A program made the position numbers and the translations under genes. From a virus (lineage: Duplodnaviria; Caudoviricetes), in IMG/VR virus record IMGVR_UViG_3300032242_001102, positions 1-61,782 of that record: DNA of 61,782 bases; one strand, written 5' to 3'. A model generated the notes under the pieces. That model was not told the origin of the DNA and made no database searches. It worked only from the letters and a program-made list of their open reading frames with translations. Positions 18,614 to 27,782 of the stretch are shown here, piece after piece (the first letter of the stretch is position 1; each line of letters opens with the position of its first letter).

Positions 18614-19932
18614 TTTTTGTTATGATGGACACTGAATGTAGACCACTGACCGCGCCAGTTATCGTGTTCACTATCCATACCCTCATCATCAAGTTCTGCA
18701 CCATCATATACTAATCGTGTAACAACACTAGTACCTTCAATGTCCCAGTTCAATACTTTAAGTTTCTTGGGTTCAAACACACCCTCAATAGTTGTTTGAA
18801 TACAACTACCCTTACCACCTTGCGTCCAATACAACCAATAGCCCTTACCTAAATAGTGAGGATACAATTCATCTACTTCCTCTGTTGCATCATAGATACT
18901 TTCATCTTCACCGTATGCTTCACTGATAAATGATTCTAAGTCACCATCATAGATAGTTTCACCCTCACTATTCTCAATAGTCATGTGAGTATCATCTTGG
19001 TCAAAACCATATAATGAAATCTTATCTTGATATTCATAGTAAGGACTGTCAAATTGTGCCGCTTTAGGAGTACCATTCTCATCATAGTCATAGTTCTCAT
19101 TAAGCGCATCACTTAAATCATCTTCATGATCCTCATCACTCCAGTAATCATATTGTGCTTTCTTAATCTTATGTACACCGATCTCACGTGTGCGACCCCA
19201 GATACGAATTGTATATGTATCAGCAGGATAACTTTCCTTCAATGTATCATTATCTTCTTCATCGTTCTCAAAGGGCCATTTAGCAGTTTCTACAAAATCG
19301 CTATCTGGAGTGGGCCAGTGACCAGTAGGAGTATCTACGATCAGTTTTTCAAACTCAGATTTAAGTTCTTCTAACCCTGCTTCTAACTCAGCAATATCTA
19401 CATGTTCTTCGTACTCATCGTCTTTGGCTTCTTCTGCCCAACGTGCGGCACGTTCGTCAGATTCCTTTTTATCCTTGATGCCGGCTTCTGTTAATTCAGT
19501 ATCACTTTCACAGTAAGGACAAACTTTCTTTGCTTCACGTTCACCGGTCTCATCATCTTCGGGCCATATCCAATCAGCATCATAACTTTGACCAGTCCAC
19601 TTACACTTGGTACACTTGTGTGTATGCTCTGGTTCGGGTGGATCACTATGCCAGCTATCACTATCACCTAACTCATATGTAACTTCATAACCACCTTTAC
19701 GGTCAGTCCAGCAGTCATCATATTGAAATTCCCATTCAATGTCAACATCATTTTCGTTGGCATCATCAAGTACTTCTTCATAGTCAATCTCACCAGACTC
19801 AATATCTGCAAGTTTTTGTACAATTTCATCTTCATCCAAATCAGGATAAATTTCACTTAATAGTGCTTCATCAATCTCAATAGCATATTGTCTATCGTGT
19901 TGATGCCATTCATGTTTAACGACTGTTACCAT
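18610..19932 (-). CDS. highly acidic multidomain protein with Zn ribbon
   Basis: Very D/E-rich; CTKC...CPYC; AAGGAGG RBS. Confidence 0.8.
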   Translation of the reverse strand: MVTVVKHEWHQHDRQYAIEIDEALLSEIYPDLDEDEIVQKLADIESGEIDYEEVLDDANENDVDIEWEFQYDDCWTDRKGGYEVTYELGDSDSWHSDPPEPEHTHKCTKCKWTGQSYDADWIWPEDDETGEREAKKVCPYCESDTELTEAGIKDKKESDERAARWAEEAKDDEYEEHVDIAELEAGLEELKSEFEKLIVDTPTGHWPTPDSDFVETAKWPFENDEEDNDTLKESYPADTYTIRIWGRTREIGVHKIKKAQYDYWSDEDHEDDLSDALNENYDYDENGTPKAAQFDSPYYEYQDKISLYGFDQDDTHMTIENSEGETIYDGDLESFISEAYGEDESIYDATEEVDELYPHYLGKGYWLYWTQGGKGSCIQTTIEGVFEPKKLKVLNWDIEGTSVVTRLVYDGAELDDEGMDSEHDNWRGQWSTFSVHHNKK

Positions 19933-20047
19933 TTTGTGCCTCCTTAGCGTTCTGGTAAATTTTCTTTACTATATCTACTATTGGACGAACTATCCATCCA
20001 CCCCAAACTATACCGCAAATAAAATAAATCCATTCATTGAAAGTCAT
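19916..20047 (-). CDS. small membrane peptide (43 aa, not in track)
   Basis: MTFNEWIYFICGIVWGGWIVRP...; TAATG coupling. Confidence 0.55.
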   Translation of the reverse strand: MTFNEWIYFICGIVWGGWIVRPIVDIVKKIYQNAKEAQNGNSR

Positions 20048-20295
20048 TACTCAACTCCAAAATGTTCATGATATCTATTCAACAAATTTTCAAATGCATT
20101 AAATGCAAGTTCTTCTCTATTGATTCCAATGCATTCTTGTACAATCAACTTGGCAAATTTTTCTTTGTCAAAGATCCAACCTTCACCGCTGTTTGATGTT
20201 GGTTCAATATATGTTGTAGCCTGTTCTGCAAGTAGTTTAATTCGTTCGTTAGTTTTCATGTAATCGCCTGCAGTTGTAAATTTTAAATCATTCAT
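20047..20295 (-). CDS. small protein, FAxLIVxEC family
   Basis: NERIKLLAEQA...KFAKLIVQEC...HFGVE. Confidence 0.75.
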   Translation of the reverse strand: MNDLKFTTAGDYMKTNERIKLLAEQATTYIEPTSNSGEGWIFDKEKFAKLIVQECIGINREELAFNAFENLLNRYHEHFGVE

Positions 20296-21629
20296 TTGTC
20301 ATCCCTAAAACGTACAAAGCGTGGGAAACGTAAACTATATGTACCATCACGATTTTGTGTAATTACATCACACAATACTTCACTAGTGCGACCAATGACC
20401 AGATTGCGATTAGTCCAGTAATCATCTCTATCACTATCACTAAAGCCACTACCCACATTGACTGTAATTTCTTTCCCGTCGTCAATTCCATGACAAACAA
20501 GTGCTCCCAGTCTTCCACAATTTCTACCAGTACCTTCTTCAACACCAACGACCTCCAAGTCTACTGTAATCGTAGGTTTATATTTCATCCACGAGGTACT
20601 TCGCTTACATTCGTAAGGTGCATCAGTTGCTTTTACCATTACACCTTCAAATCCTTCCGCAACCATATCTTTACAATACCGATTGAATTGGTCACGTCCT
20701 GCGGCTGTATCTAAGTCAACCATGATATGTGGCAGCAATTCAACATTGGGCATTGTATCAATTACTGGACGCATATCTTCTAGTATCTTAATACGTTTTT
20801 CTAACTGAGCATTCCAATGACCTTCACGGAAAGCATCTAGTGGAAGAATATCAAACACATTGTATACACTATCCTCTGCTTGTACATCAGTCTTTCGGCG
20901 TGCTTGACGCATTAGTTCTTGGAAGCTATTACCAATCACTTCACCGTCAAGTACAAAGCCCATGCTTAAGTTACTTGTTGCGGCTTTACGAACCATCTTG
21001 ATCCAGTTATTACGAACCTGATCTTCAATGTGACCAAAGTTGTCAAACTGTTTACCATTACGACTAAAACAAATAGTTGTTAGACCACCGTCATCACTAG
21101 GAATAACCATCAACAACATACGAACACCGTCAAGTTTAGGTTCAAGGCGTTTGATACCTTTCATCTCAGGACGACCTTCACTATTAGTTGCTAATTGACA
21201 ACCAAAGATTGGGATTTCATACATTGTCTTTTTACAGATTTTATTGATTGTTTTATCACTAATGCCTGCACGTAAGTCTCTACGCAATACCGGTGCTAAG
21301 AATGTATTCCATTCATCACTATCAAATCGTTCAGCGGTAGCTTGAATAGCATCACGTGCGGCGTGACCTGTTAACCGACGTTGACTAAGTTGTAACATTA
21401 ATTCGTTAAACTCATCCCAGGGATTTTCTGCATCAACAATACCTGTTGTATCGGGTACTTGACGAACACCAAATGTCACATAAGGATTATAACATGCTTT
21501 AGTAAATGAAAGAAAATTGATAGCATTTGTACTACCGAGGACACTTGCCTCTAGTGCTTGTTTGAGTACATCTTCTTTGTGAAGGCGACTATCACTTTCG
21601 TTTAGTTTATTGATCCAACTTGCTGACAT
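20292..21629 (-). CDS. ATP-dependent DNA ligase
   Basis: EPKLDGVR, SRNGK, LDGEV, EGVMVK, SLRFPRF. Confidence 0.96.
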   Translation of the reverse strand: MSASWINKLNESDSRLHKEDVLKQALEASVLGSTNAINFLSFTKACYNPYVTFGVRQVPDTTGIVDAENPWDEFNELMLQLSQRRLTGHAARDAIQATAERFDSDEWNTFLAPVLRRDLRAGISDKTINKICKKTMYEIPIFGCQLATNSEGRPEMKGIKRLEPKLDGVRMLLMVIPSDDGGLTTICFSRNGKQFDNFGHIEDQVRNNWIKMVRKAATSNLSMGFVLDGEVIGNSFQELMRQARRKTDVQAEDSVYNVFDILPLDAFREGHWNAQLEKRIKILEDMRPVIDTMPNVELLPHIMVDLDTAAGRDQFNRYCKDMVAEGFEGVMVKATDAPYECKRSTSWMKYKPTITVDLEVVGVEEGTGRNCGRLGALVCHGIDDGKEITVNVGSGFSDSDRDDYWTNRNLVIGRTSEVLCDVITQNRDGTYSLRFPRFVRFRDDK

Positions 21630-22130
21630 TTAATCTTCTTTCTTTGCTGTTGAGAATGGCCACTCTGTAGTTGCTACAGTCAGTGGACGCTGTTTAAGTT
21701 CTACTACTTCAATAGATTCATTATACACATCCTCGTCAATTTTGTCAACTATAAATGGACCCAAAATAGTAATACTATCTTCTTCAACTAGCCAATTATG
21801 GTCACCGTCATATAGCCAACCTGCACCACCATCTTCCCAACATTGTTCAATTTCAGCTTTTTCCTCATCTGTAAAGGATTCATCAAACTCAAACCAAACA
21901 GAACAAAGGTCATCAAGTTCACATCCCCAACCGATTGAAGGATCTACACAATGGTATCTATCATCACTATGTGGTAGTTCATCCTCTGTTCCAACAAAGC
22001 CTTGACCCCAACGATATGTTTCGGTTACACTCCAACCACGGATAGTACCTTGAGAATCTTTACTATAAACATCATAGAAAGCTTCTACTGATTTTTTGTC
22101 TTTCGGGCGTATCCGATATATCTGGCTCAT
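21630..22130 (-). CDS. acidic hypothetical protein (paralogue of 41546..42037)
   Basis: Shared KKS..., G-x-x-x-L...W-x-x-E...I-x-GP pattern. Confidence 0.75.
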   Translation of the reverse strand: MSQIYRIRPKDKKSVEAFYDVYSKDSQGTIRGWSVTETYRWGQGFVGTEDELPHSDDRYHCVDPSIGWGCELDDLCSVWFEFDESFTDEEKAEIEQCWEDGGAGWLYDGDHNWLVEEDSITILGPFIVDKIDEDVYNESIEVVELKQRPLTVATTEWPFSTAKKED

Positions 22131-22320
22131 ATTTTAATTTTCCTCTATCTTTACATTCCTGAAGCACTTCAGGAGGAACATGTCTATATTCTTTAATTAC
22201 ACTACACTTGTATTCTATTGTAACATCATCCGGATCGTCAGACAATTCATCCGGGTCATTAGTTAACCACAATAATATTGCTGTTATTGCTAAGATAGTT
22301 ATAATTATATTTTTAAACAT
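22072..22320 (-). CDS. small membrane-anchored protein
   Basis: ATG at 22320; N-terminal TM. Confidence 0.65.
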   Translation of the reverse strand: MFKNIIITILAITAILLWLTNDPDELSDDPDDVTIEYKCSVIKEYRHVPPEVLQECKDRGKLKYEPDISDTPERQKISRSFL

Positions 22321-22355
22321 TTGGGGAAACACGCTACACCTCGTAGCGTATTTAG

Positions 22356-22481
22356 TTATAAATGTTGTTCTAGTAATATAACTAATCTATATTCTGATTT
22401 AGGATAAGTTGCCAATAGCCATTTTAACATTTCTTCGCTATATGGCAACCTAACCGAATCGTATTTGTTTGTGATATACAT
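22356..22481 (-). CDS. small hypothetical protein (41 aa, not in track)
   Basis: MYITNKYDSVRLPYSEEMLKWLL...; TAATG coupling. Confidence 0.55.
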   Translation of the reverse strand: MYITNKYDSVRLPYSEEMLKWLLATYPKSEYRLVILLEQHL

Positions 22482-22840
22482 TACCAGCTACTGTTATAAA
22501 ATACTTTGCGACCAAGGAAACATTCTGCCTTAGCATCAACACAAAATTGTAGGTCAGCATCATAGTAATAGTCATCACTTGGGTTACCAAAAAAGAATCC
22601 TTGTGTATCAAGTCCTGCGACTACACCTGATTTGATATCTTTCTCAAGCATATCAATATCGTCCCAATTCAATTCAATTTCAACACCATTGAAAGTATTA
22701 TAATTGACTTCTTTTTTCTTTGCCAATCTTTCCATCCAACCATGCAAATTTGGGTGTTTGCGCCAATATGCGAGTTCCTGATGATTGTCGTAATCATCAT
22801 TAGCCTTACTGGCAACATATGCGTACATATCAAGTCCCAT
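22481..22840 (-). CDS. phage hypothetical protein
   Basis: MGLDMY...YWRK...GFFFG...YNSSW; GGAGG RBS. Confidence 0.8.
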   Translation of the reverse strand: MGLDMYAYVASKANDDYDNHQELAYWRKHPNLHGWMERLAKKKEVNYNTFNGVEIELNWDDIDMLEKDIKSGVVAGLDTQGFFFGNPSDDYYYDADLQFCVDAKAECFLGRKVFYNSSW

Positions 22841-22869
22841 TTTATCCTCCACCTGTTTACGTTTATATT

Positions 22870-22998
22870 TCACTTTGCTTGTTCAATGGTTACTTCTTTA
22901 ACCTTGTCTACACCACGATCAGCCATTCTAGCGATACCACTAAAGCCAACTGTTGATACAACAATACCAAGAATAAAACCAATAACTAATTTACTCAT
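22870..22998 (-). CDS. small membrane peptide (42 aa, not in track)
   Basis: MSKLVIGFILGIVVSTVGFSG...; GGAG RBS. Confidence 0.6.
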   Translation of the reverse strand: MSKLVIGFILGIVVSTVGFSGIARMADRGVDKVKEVTIEQAK

Positions 22999-23000
22999 AA

Positions 23001-23234
23001 TTAAATCTCCGGAAATTCAAATTTAACCCAATCTTCTTTATAATGTTCTTTCAAACATTCTGCCGCATCAGTATAACCATGATTGACTAATGTTAAATTA
23101 CAATCACCAATAATCAATCTAGCAAACTTATCCGGATCAAAGTCCTGTGTATATGTAAAACTATTACCGGTAGCATCAGTTTCAATATATCCACCTGCTT
23201 GCTTAAACAATATTTCAATGTCTTTATTCAGCAT
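23001..23234 (-). CDS. small protein, FAxLIVxEC family
   Basis: KFARLIIGDC...LKEHY; ATG at 23234. Confidence 0.7.
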   Translation of the reverse strand: MLNKDIEILFKQAGGYIETDATGNSFTYTQDFDPDKFARLIIGDCNLTLVNHGYTDAAECLKEHYKEDWVKFEFPEI

Positions 23235-23454
23235 CACTTGTCTCCACAATTCCAAAATGAATTAACAAATCCCTACCTAACAACGGGCCATGTTCCCAAG
23301 CACTACGTGCATAACGGTCACACTCTCTAACAATCAGTTCTGCAAACTTTTCAGTATCAAACCGATCAACCATATAAGTGTTAAAAGCAGTAGTACCGCG
23401 TTGTTCACGGACGATACATTGTGCTTTCAATTCATTAATCAATTCTGTGTTCAT
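23224..23454 (-). CDS. small protein, FAxLIVxEC family
   Basis: KFAELIVREC...HFGIVE. Confidence 0.75.
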   Translation of the reverse strand: MNTELINELKAQCIVREQRGTTAFNTYMVDRFDTEKFAELIVRECDRYARSAWEHGPLLGRDLLIHFGIVETSDAE

Positions 23455-23687
23455 TCTTCAACTCCAAAATGTTCTCTTATAATCTCTGCACCAGAAATAC
23501 CATAGTCATTAACCCGCATATTTTTAACTTGTTCAGCACATTCATTGACAATCAACTCAGCGAACTTTTCAATCTTATCATCCCACAACTCTACAGATTC
23601 TCGTTGTTGTACTGGATTGCTCATTAGATTGTGGGTAGAGAAATGTCCGCCAGCCTTTTTGACTAGTTCTCTAATTCGTTCGTTCAT
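23451..23687 (-). CDS. small protein, FAxLIVxEC family
   Basis: KFAELIVNEC...HFGVEE. Confidence 0.75.
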   Translation of the reverse strand: MNERIRELVKKAGGHFSTHNLMSNPVQQRESVELWDDKIEKFAELIVNECAEQVKNMRVNDYGISGAEIIREHFGVEE

Positions 23688-24430
23688 AATACTTTCACAC
23701 GATTAAGTTGAGTACTATTGTCCCTATGACCTTTAATAGTACCATTAATAACTAACACATCACCGACTTGTAATGCTTCCTTATAAGGAAAGAACACTAC
23801 TTGGTCATCACCATTGATACCTGTAACATAGTTAGTCATCCATTTCTGTGAATAAACTGACTTTAATACTTCAATAGAAGTTGTAACCTTGTCATTAATT
23901 TTACCAATATAACCACCTGTAGCAAAACTAATACGTTGATCTGCCGATTGACGTACAACACCACGCTCGTAGCAACTCGGCAAACTAGCAATAACAGCAA
24001 TATCATAAGTGCTAGTAATTGTGTCACGATTGGCTAAAACCATTGCGTTATTGTCAAAATCGTTCAACTTTTTACCTTGCAAGATTTTAAAAGTTAATGC
24101 TTGATAAAATGAACGAACCTTTACGGCCTTCTCACGATCCTCGTCGGTAATTAAAAAAGTATCAGCCAACAATTGTTCAACAATCATACGATTGGATAGT
24201 TTTGTAACTGCAGGATCTGATTCAGAAATCATAGCAAGCTTGATGTAACTACCATTAATACGTTGTGCCGCACATGCCGCACTCCAAACATCATCGGCAT
24301 TGTGATTCACAACAACCTTTTGTGTTTTAGTTTTAATACGATAGTAATCACTACCGTTATCATCAGCATGACCCAATCTTTGAATTTGACGATTAGTCAT
24401 ATATGATACATTTGCGAATCCAGGCATCAT
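23684..24430 (-). CDS. hypothetical protein, possible C-terminal OB fold
   Basis: GDVLVINGTIKGH...TQLNRVK ending. Confidence 0.7.
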   Translation of the reverse strand: MMPGFANVSYMTNRQIQRLGHADDNGSDYYRIKTKTQKVVVNHNADDVWSAACAAQRINGSYIKLAMISESDPAVTKLSNRMIVEQLLADTFLITDEDREKAVKVRSFYQALTFKILQGKKLNDFDNNAMVLANRDTITSTYDIAVIASLPSCYERGVVRQSADQRISFATGGYIGKINDKVTTSIEVLKSVYSQKWMTNYVTGINGDDQVVFFPYKEALQVGDVLVINGTIKGHRDNSTQLNRVKVL

Positions 24431-24437
24431 TTACTCC

Positions 24438-24704
24438 TTAAATCTCAGTTTCGTATTCGTAAAACTTAACAGATGGATCCAACTTCTTTAGTTGTTTAGC
24501 GGCAGTCATTAATTCTTTATAGCGACGGTTAACTTCTGCACGGGGCAATTCACCATCACATGTAAGATTCTCAGGGCTCAATGACGAATCAATCATATCT
24601 GCAACACGTTGACGACCTGCGGCAGTTTTAATTTCATACTGTTCGCCCTTGAAAAAACTGTTCCAGTGATTCTTCTGGTCAATGAATGTTTGTAATGCTT
24701 TCAT
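24438..24704 (-). CDS. early hypothetical protein
   Basis: LSPENLTCDGE motif; follows cassette. Confidence 0.75.
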   Translation of the reverse strand: MKALQTFIDQKNHWNSFFKGEQYEIKTAAGRQRVADMIDSSLSPENLTCDGELPRAEVNRRYKELMTAAKQLKKLDPSVKFYEYETEI

Positions 24705-24767
24705 GTTTAGTCCTTTAGTTAACTGTTTAAGATTCTATTGTAGCAGAATACCCATTTATTGTCAAAT
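24705..24767 (-). promoter_or_regulatory. early promoter cassette, copy 7
   Basis: TTGACA (24765-24760)-17-TACAAT, leader CTTAAACAGTTAACTAAAGGAC. Confidence 0.9.
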
Positions 24768-25103
24768 TTAAGCGGCCAATCGCTGTAGTGTTTTTGCAAC
24801 ATTATCTTGCACCAATTGTTCAAATCCAGCTACCGTAACTGGGTAGCCCAACAATTTCAATTGTTTTTTAATATGGGGTTGAATGAAACCCTTAGAACCT
24901 ACGATTTCAAGGGGAGCCTCACCCTTTTCTAAACGGCTGAAGTATTCTTCAACTGTGAAGTTCTTTGTAAGGAATGTAAGGAAACTTGCTTTAGTACCAC
25001 GGCAATATTTGAAACGGGCTACAAACTTTGTAGTACCGTCAACTGGGTTTGTATAGTCAACATACTCTGTACCGTAGAAATTGCCCTTGATGAACTTAGT
25101 CAT
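24768..25103 (-). CDS. early hypothetical protein
   Basis: ATG at 25103 after AAGGAG. Confidence 0.75.
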   Translation of the reverse strand: MTKFIKGNFYGTEYVDYTNPVDGTTKFVARFKYCRGTKASFLTFLTKNFTVEEYFSRLEKGEAPLEIVGSKGFIQPHIKKQLKLLGYPVTVAGFEQLVQDNVAKTLQRLAA

Positions 25104-25166
25104 ATTTGCTCCTTTAGTTAACTGTCTATGTATGTATTGTAGCACAACACCCATTTATTGTCAAAT
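25104..25166 (-). promoter_or_regulatory. early promoter cassette, copy 8
   Basis: TTGACA (25164-25159)-17-TACAAT. Confidence 0.9.
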
Positions 25167-25175
25167 TTTGGGTAT

Positions 25176-25204
25176 AAAAAAGCCCCGAAAACGGGGCATT
25201 TTTT
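25176..25204. terminator. Rho-independent terminator, probably bidirectional
   Basis: A6-GCCCCG-AAAA-CGGGGC-A-T6. Confidence 0.88.
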
Positions 25205-25218
25205 GTGAACTAAAAGTA

Positions 25219-25488
25219 TTACTTTTTAGCTTGGCTTTGGTTTACGAAACCATACATTTTCTCCGCAGTTTCAAGGATCTTATCTAGACCTGGAAACTCT
25301 GGCATTGCAACAGAAGTAACAAGCTGACCTGTTTTTTCATCACGCTGGGCAGATAGTTCCCAACCTTGAAATTTCATTTGATATTCTTGTTGAACCATAT
25401 CTTTAGCCATAGCTAAAATATCTGTACGTAATTCATAGCCATTTTTGTTAAATTTAACTTCTGGCAATTTTGGTGTGTAATCTGACAT
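25219..25488 (-). CDS. hypothetical protein
   Basis: KNGYELRTDILAMAKD...ILETAEKMYGFV. Confidence 0.75.
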   Translation of the reverse strand: MSDYTPKLPEVKFNKNGYELRTDILAMAKDMVQQEYQMKFQGWELSAQRDEKTGQLVTSVAMPEFPGLDKILETAEKMYGFVNQSQAKK

Positions 25489-25562
25489 AATGTTTCCTTT
25501 GTGTGTTAATGTTTATATAGTATATAACATTTTTTTAGGTTGTTGAAACTTTTTGGGAAATA

Positions 25563-25646
25563 TCATGGCATTTTACTTGCTTTGTATTTTTTAATATCTT
25601 GTATTGCTTCAAGGATACTTTTTAATATTTCTTTGATTTTGTTCAT
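25563..25646 (-). CDS. 27-aa amphipathic peptide (not in track)
   Basis: MNKIKEILKSILEAIQDIKKYKASKMP; ATGA overlap and GAGG RBS. Confidence 0.5.
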   Translation of the reverse strand: MNKIKEILKSILEAIQDIKKYKASKMP

Positions 25647-25843
25647 AGATACCTCTTGCTTGAGTTTAATTCGTATTGTCTAGTGTAGCGTTCTATATCA
25701 GCAACATCCTGTGGTTGTTTGCTAATTATATACTGCTCCATCTCAGTACCATATGTTGATTGAGATTCACTCACTAACGCAATTAATGGGCCAATAATAC
25801 CAACCATGGCTAGTGCGCCAATTGTCAATAGTATACTAACCAT
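25643..25843 (-). CDS. DUF3563-like small protein with TM helix
   Basis: EQYIISKQPQDVADIERYTRQYE. Confidence 0.5.
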   Translation of the reverse strand: MVSILLTIGALAMVGIIGPLIALVSESQSTYGTEMEQYIISKQPQDVADIERYTRQYELNSSKRYL

Positions 25844-25845
25844 GA

Positions 25846-26133
25846 TTACTTAGCCTTTGCAGATTTTGCAGATTTTGCAATATTGAAAGCAGGAACCATT
25901 GCTTTATACTGGTCAGCTAATTGTGTATAGAAATCTTTACTTGTGAAAATCATACCCAAACTCATCATAGATTGCATTCCTGCATCTGCGGCTGATTTAG
26001 TATATTTTGATTGTGCATCAATGAAACCATTCAATGCTGTTTTGATGCCTTCGTGTTGAACTGTTTGTTCTACGAATTGTTTTTTGAAGTCTGTGACGCC
26101 GTCAATCAAGGCGTAAGTTGCTGTGTTAAACAT
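25846..26133 (-). CDS. helical protein, possibly phasin-like
   Basis: Amphipathic helices; AGGAG RBS; ATAAATA upstream. Confidence 0.45.
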   Translation of the reverse strand: MFNTATYALIDGVTDFKKQFVEQTVQHEGIKTALNGFIDAQSKYTKSAADAGMQSMMSLGMIFTSKDFYTQLADQYKAMVPAFNIAKSAKSAKAK

Positions 26134-26218
26134 TTTATATCTCCTATGTGTATGTGTTTAAAAGTGAGTTTTTATGAAGAACTCCTAACTTCACAAGTAT
26201 TTATCACTTGTAGAGAAA

Positions 26219-26491
26219 TTATAACATAACTTCTCTATATTTTTGTAGAGCATGGCCTCTAATCTGTTCTAATCTACTAGTTATATGATCGGGTAATTCC
26301 GTGTCATCATCCCATAGATTAGAATTAATTAGTTTAGGCCTACTATAGCCACGATGTAAATCTATATCATAGATATCAGGGCCATAGTCATCATCTACTT
26401 CACTTAGCTGGTTTGGCTTCTGGCTTAGCAGGTGTAGCTGGTGCAGCTTCTGCTTTGGCAGGGGCACTTTTGGCATCTGCCTTGGGAGCAT
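26219..26491 (-). CDS. possible hypothetical protein, start uncertain
   Basis: Fills gap 26219-26400 but its start overlaps the upstream gene by about 90 nt. Confidence 0.35.
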   Translation of the reverse strand: MLPRQMPKVPLPKQKLHQLHLLSQKPNQLSEVDDDYGPDIYDIDLHRGYSRPKLINSNLWDDDTELPDHITSRLEQIRGHALQKYREVML

Positions 26492-26642
26492 CCTTTTTCT
26501 TAGCTAATTTCATTTCTGATTTAGGTGCTTCTGCTTTAGCAGGTGCAGTTGCTGCCGGTGTTGCAGGAGCTTTAGCTGGTTCAGCAGCCATTGCTGTTGC
26601 TACTGATAATGTAGCGATTAGGGCGATTGCTAATGTTTTCAT
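26400..26642 (-). CDS. secreted Ala/Pro/Lys-rich protein
   Basis: Sec signal MKTLAIALIATLSVATAMA, then PAK repeats. Confidence 0.75.
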   Translation of the reverse strand: MKTLAIALIATLSVATAMAAEPAKAPATPAATAPAKAEAPKSEMKLAKKKDAPKADAKSAPAKAEAAPATPAKPEAKPAK

Positions 26643-26731
26643 TTTAAGTTTCCTTTATGTTAATGAAGTAGATTTAGTTGTCTACATATATATAACGTAT
26701 TAGCCAACTGTTTCGTTGACATAAATACATT

Positions 26732-27214
26732 ATGTTATATATATCTTATCAGGGCATCTATGATGGTCAAAACTACGAATATGCCAATACTCCAGATCAA
26801 ATAGGTAAATCATTTAATAATGGTTATTCCTGCATGGTAGATGTTTGGAGAATAGATAATACACTATGTGTAGGGCCTGAAGCTGCTCCTATTCCTGTAA
26901 CTGACAAATATCTACAGGGTAATCGTTTTTGGATTAAATGCGGAGATCAAAACACATATGATTGGTTTACTACACAATCATTACGTAAATATCCTAACTA
27001 TTTCTATCAACCAGTATATAACAGTGTTGTAACAACTAGTAGTAATAAATTATGGACACCGGGTACTACTGCAATTAATGATACCAGTATTGTTGTATTA
27101 CCTGAAATAGCTGATAGAGGACTATTTAGTACGGTACATTTAAGATGCTATGGCGTATGTAGCACATATCTAACATTTATTAAACGTATGCGTAATGAAG
27201 GTGAGTGGTATTAA
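26732..27214 (+). CDS. degenerate GDPD/PLC-like phosphodiesterase-fold protein
   Basis: ISYQG (for IAHRG), ANT (for ENT), MVDVW (for ExDV), GVCS; ATAAATA at 26721. Confidence 0.6.
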   Translation: MLYISYQGIYDGQNYEYANTPDQIGKSFNNGYSCMVDVWRIDNTLCVGPEAAPIPVTDKYLQGNRFWIKCGDQNTYDWFTTQSLRKYPNYFYQPVYNSVVTTSSNKLWTPGTTAINDTSIVVLPEIADRGLFSTVHLRCYGVCSTYLTFIKRMRNEGEWY

Positions 27215-27378
27215 CCACCACGACCTGAACGTCTTACAACTGTTGCACCACCATTACCCTTACTTGGTTTAGGTCCTTGACTTTTAGGTGCTTTACCAAA
27301 GCTAGGATTCTTACTATCTTTCTTAGCGGCATTAGCTAAATTGATAAATGGGTTCTTGCTTTTCTTTTCTTCTGTCAT
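27211..27378 (-). CDS. 55-aa basic disordered protein (not in track)
   Basis: MTEEKKSKNPF...VVRRSGRGG; ATGA overlap, AAGG RBS. Confidence 0.7.
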   Translation of the reverse strand: MTEEKKSKNPFINLANAAKKDSKNPSFGKAPKSQGPKPSKGNGGATVVRRSGRGG

Positions 27379-27782
27379 TTTTGTACCTTTATGCTATCTA
27401 AATATTCATTCACATTACCATACAAACTAATCAACATTGCTATTTTACTATCATAGAAACGTATGTATGGGAAGCTTTTCTTTCCATCTTTATTTACACC
27501 CATGTAGTAGGGGCATTTGATTTTTTTATTTAGTTCTAGTAAGTAAGCATGATATTGAACTTCAGGTTGTATTTTAAGTTCATATTGATAGAATTCAATT
27601 TCGGCTAATCTAAAAGCATAGTCACCTGAATCAGTTAGTCGTAATCCATCTTGGCGACCAGTCATCCACCACTTGAATAATAAATTCTCTACGGGCGTGT
27701 TTTTTTCTTGTAGTAGTGATTCAGGAAGTTGAGCCAATACAACTTCTGTTATGGTTTCTTTGAGAGATTTTCGCTTACTCAT
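27375..27782 (-). CDS. hypothetical phage protein
   Basis: 135-aa ORF in a coupled operon. Confidence 0.75.
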   Translation of the reverse strand: MSKRKSLKETITEVVLAQLPESLLQEKNTPVENLLFKWWMTGRQDGLRLTDSGDYAFRLAEIEFYQYELKIQPEVQYHAYLLELNKKIKCPYYMGVNKDGKKSFPYIRFYDSKIAMLISLYGNVNEYLDSIKVQK

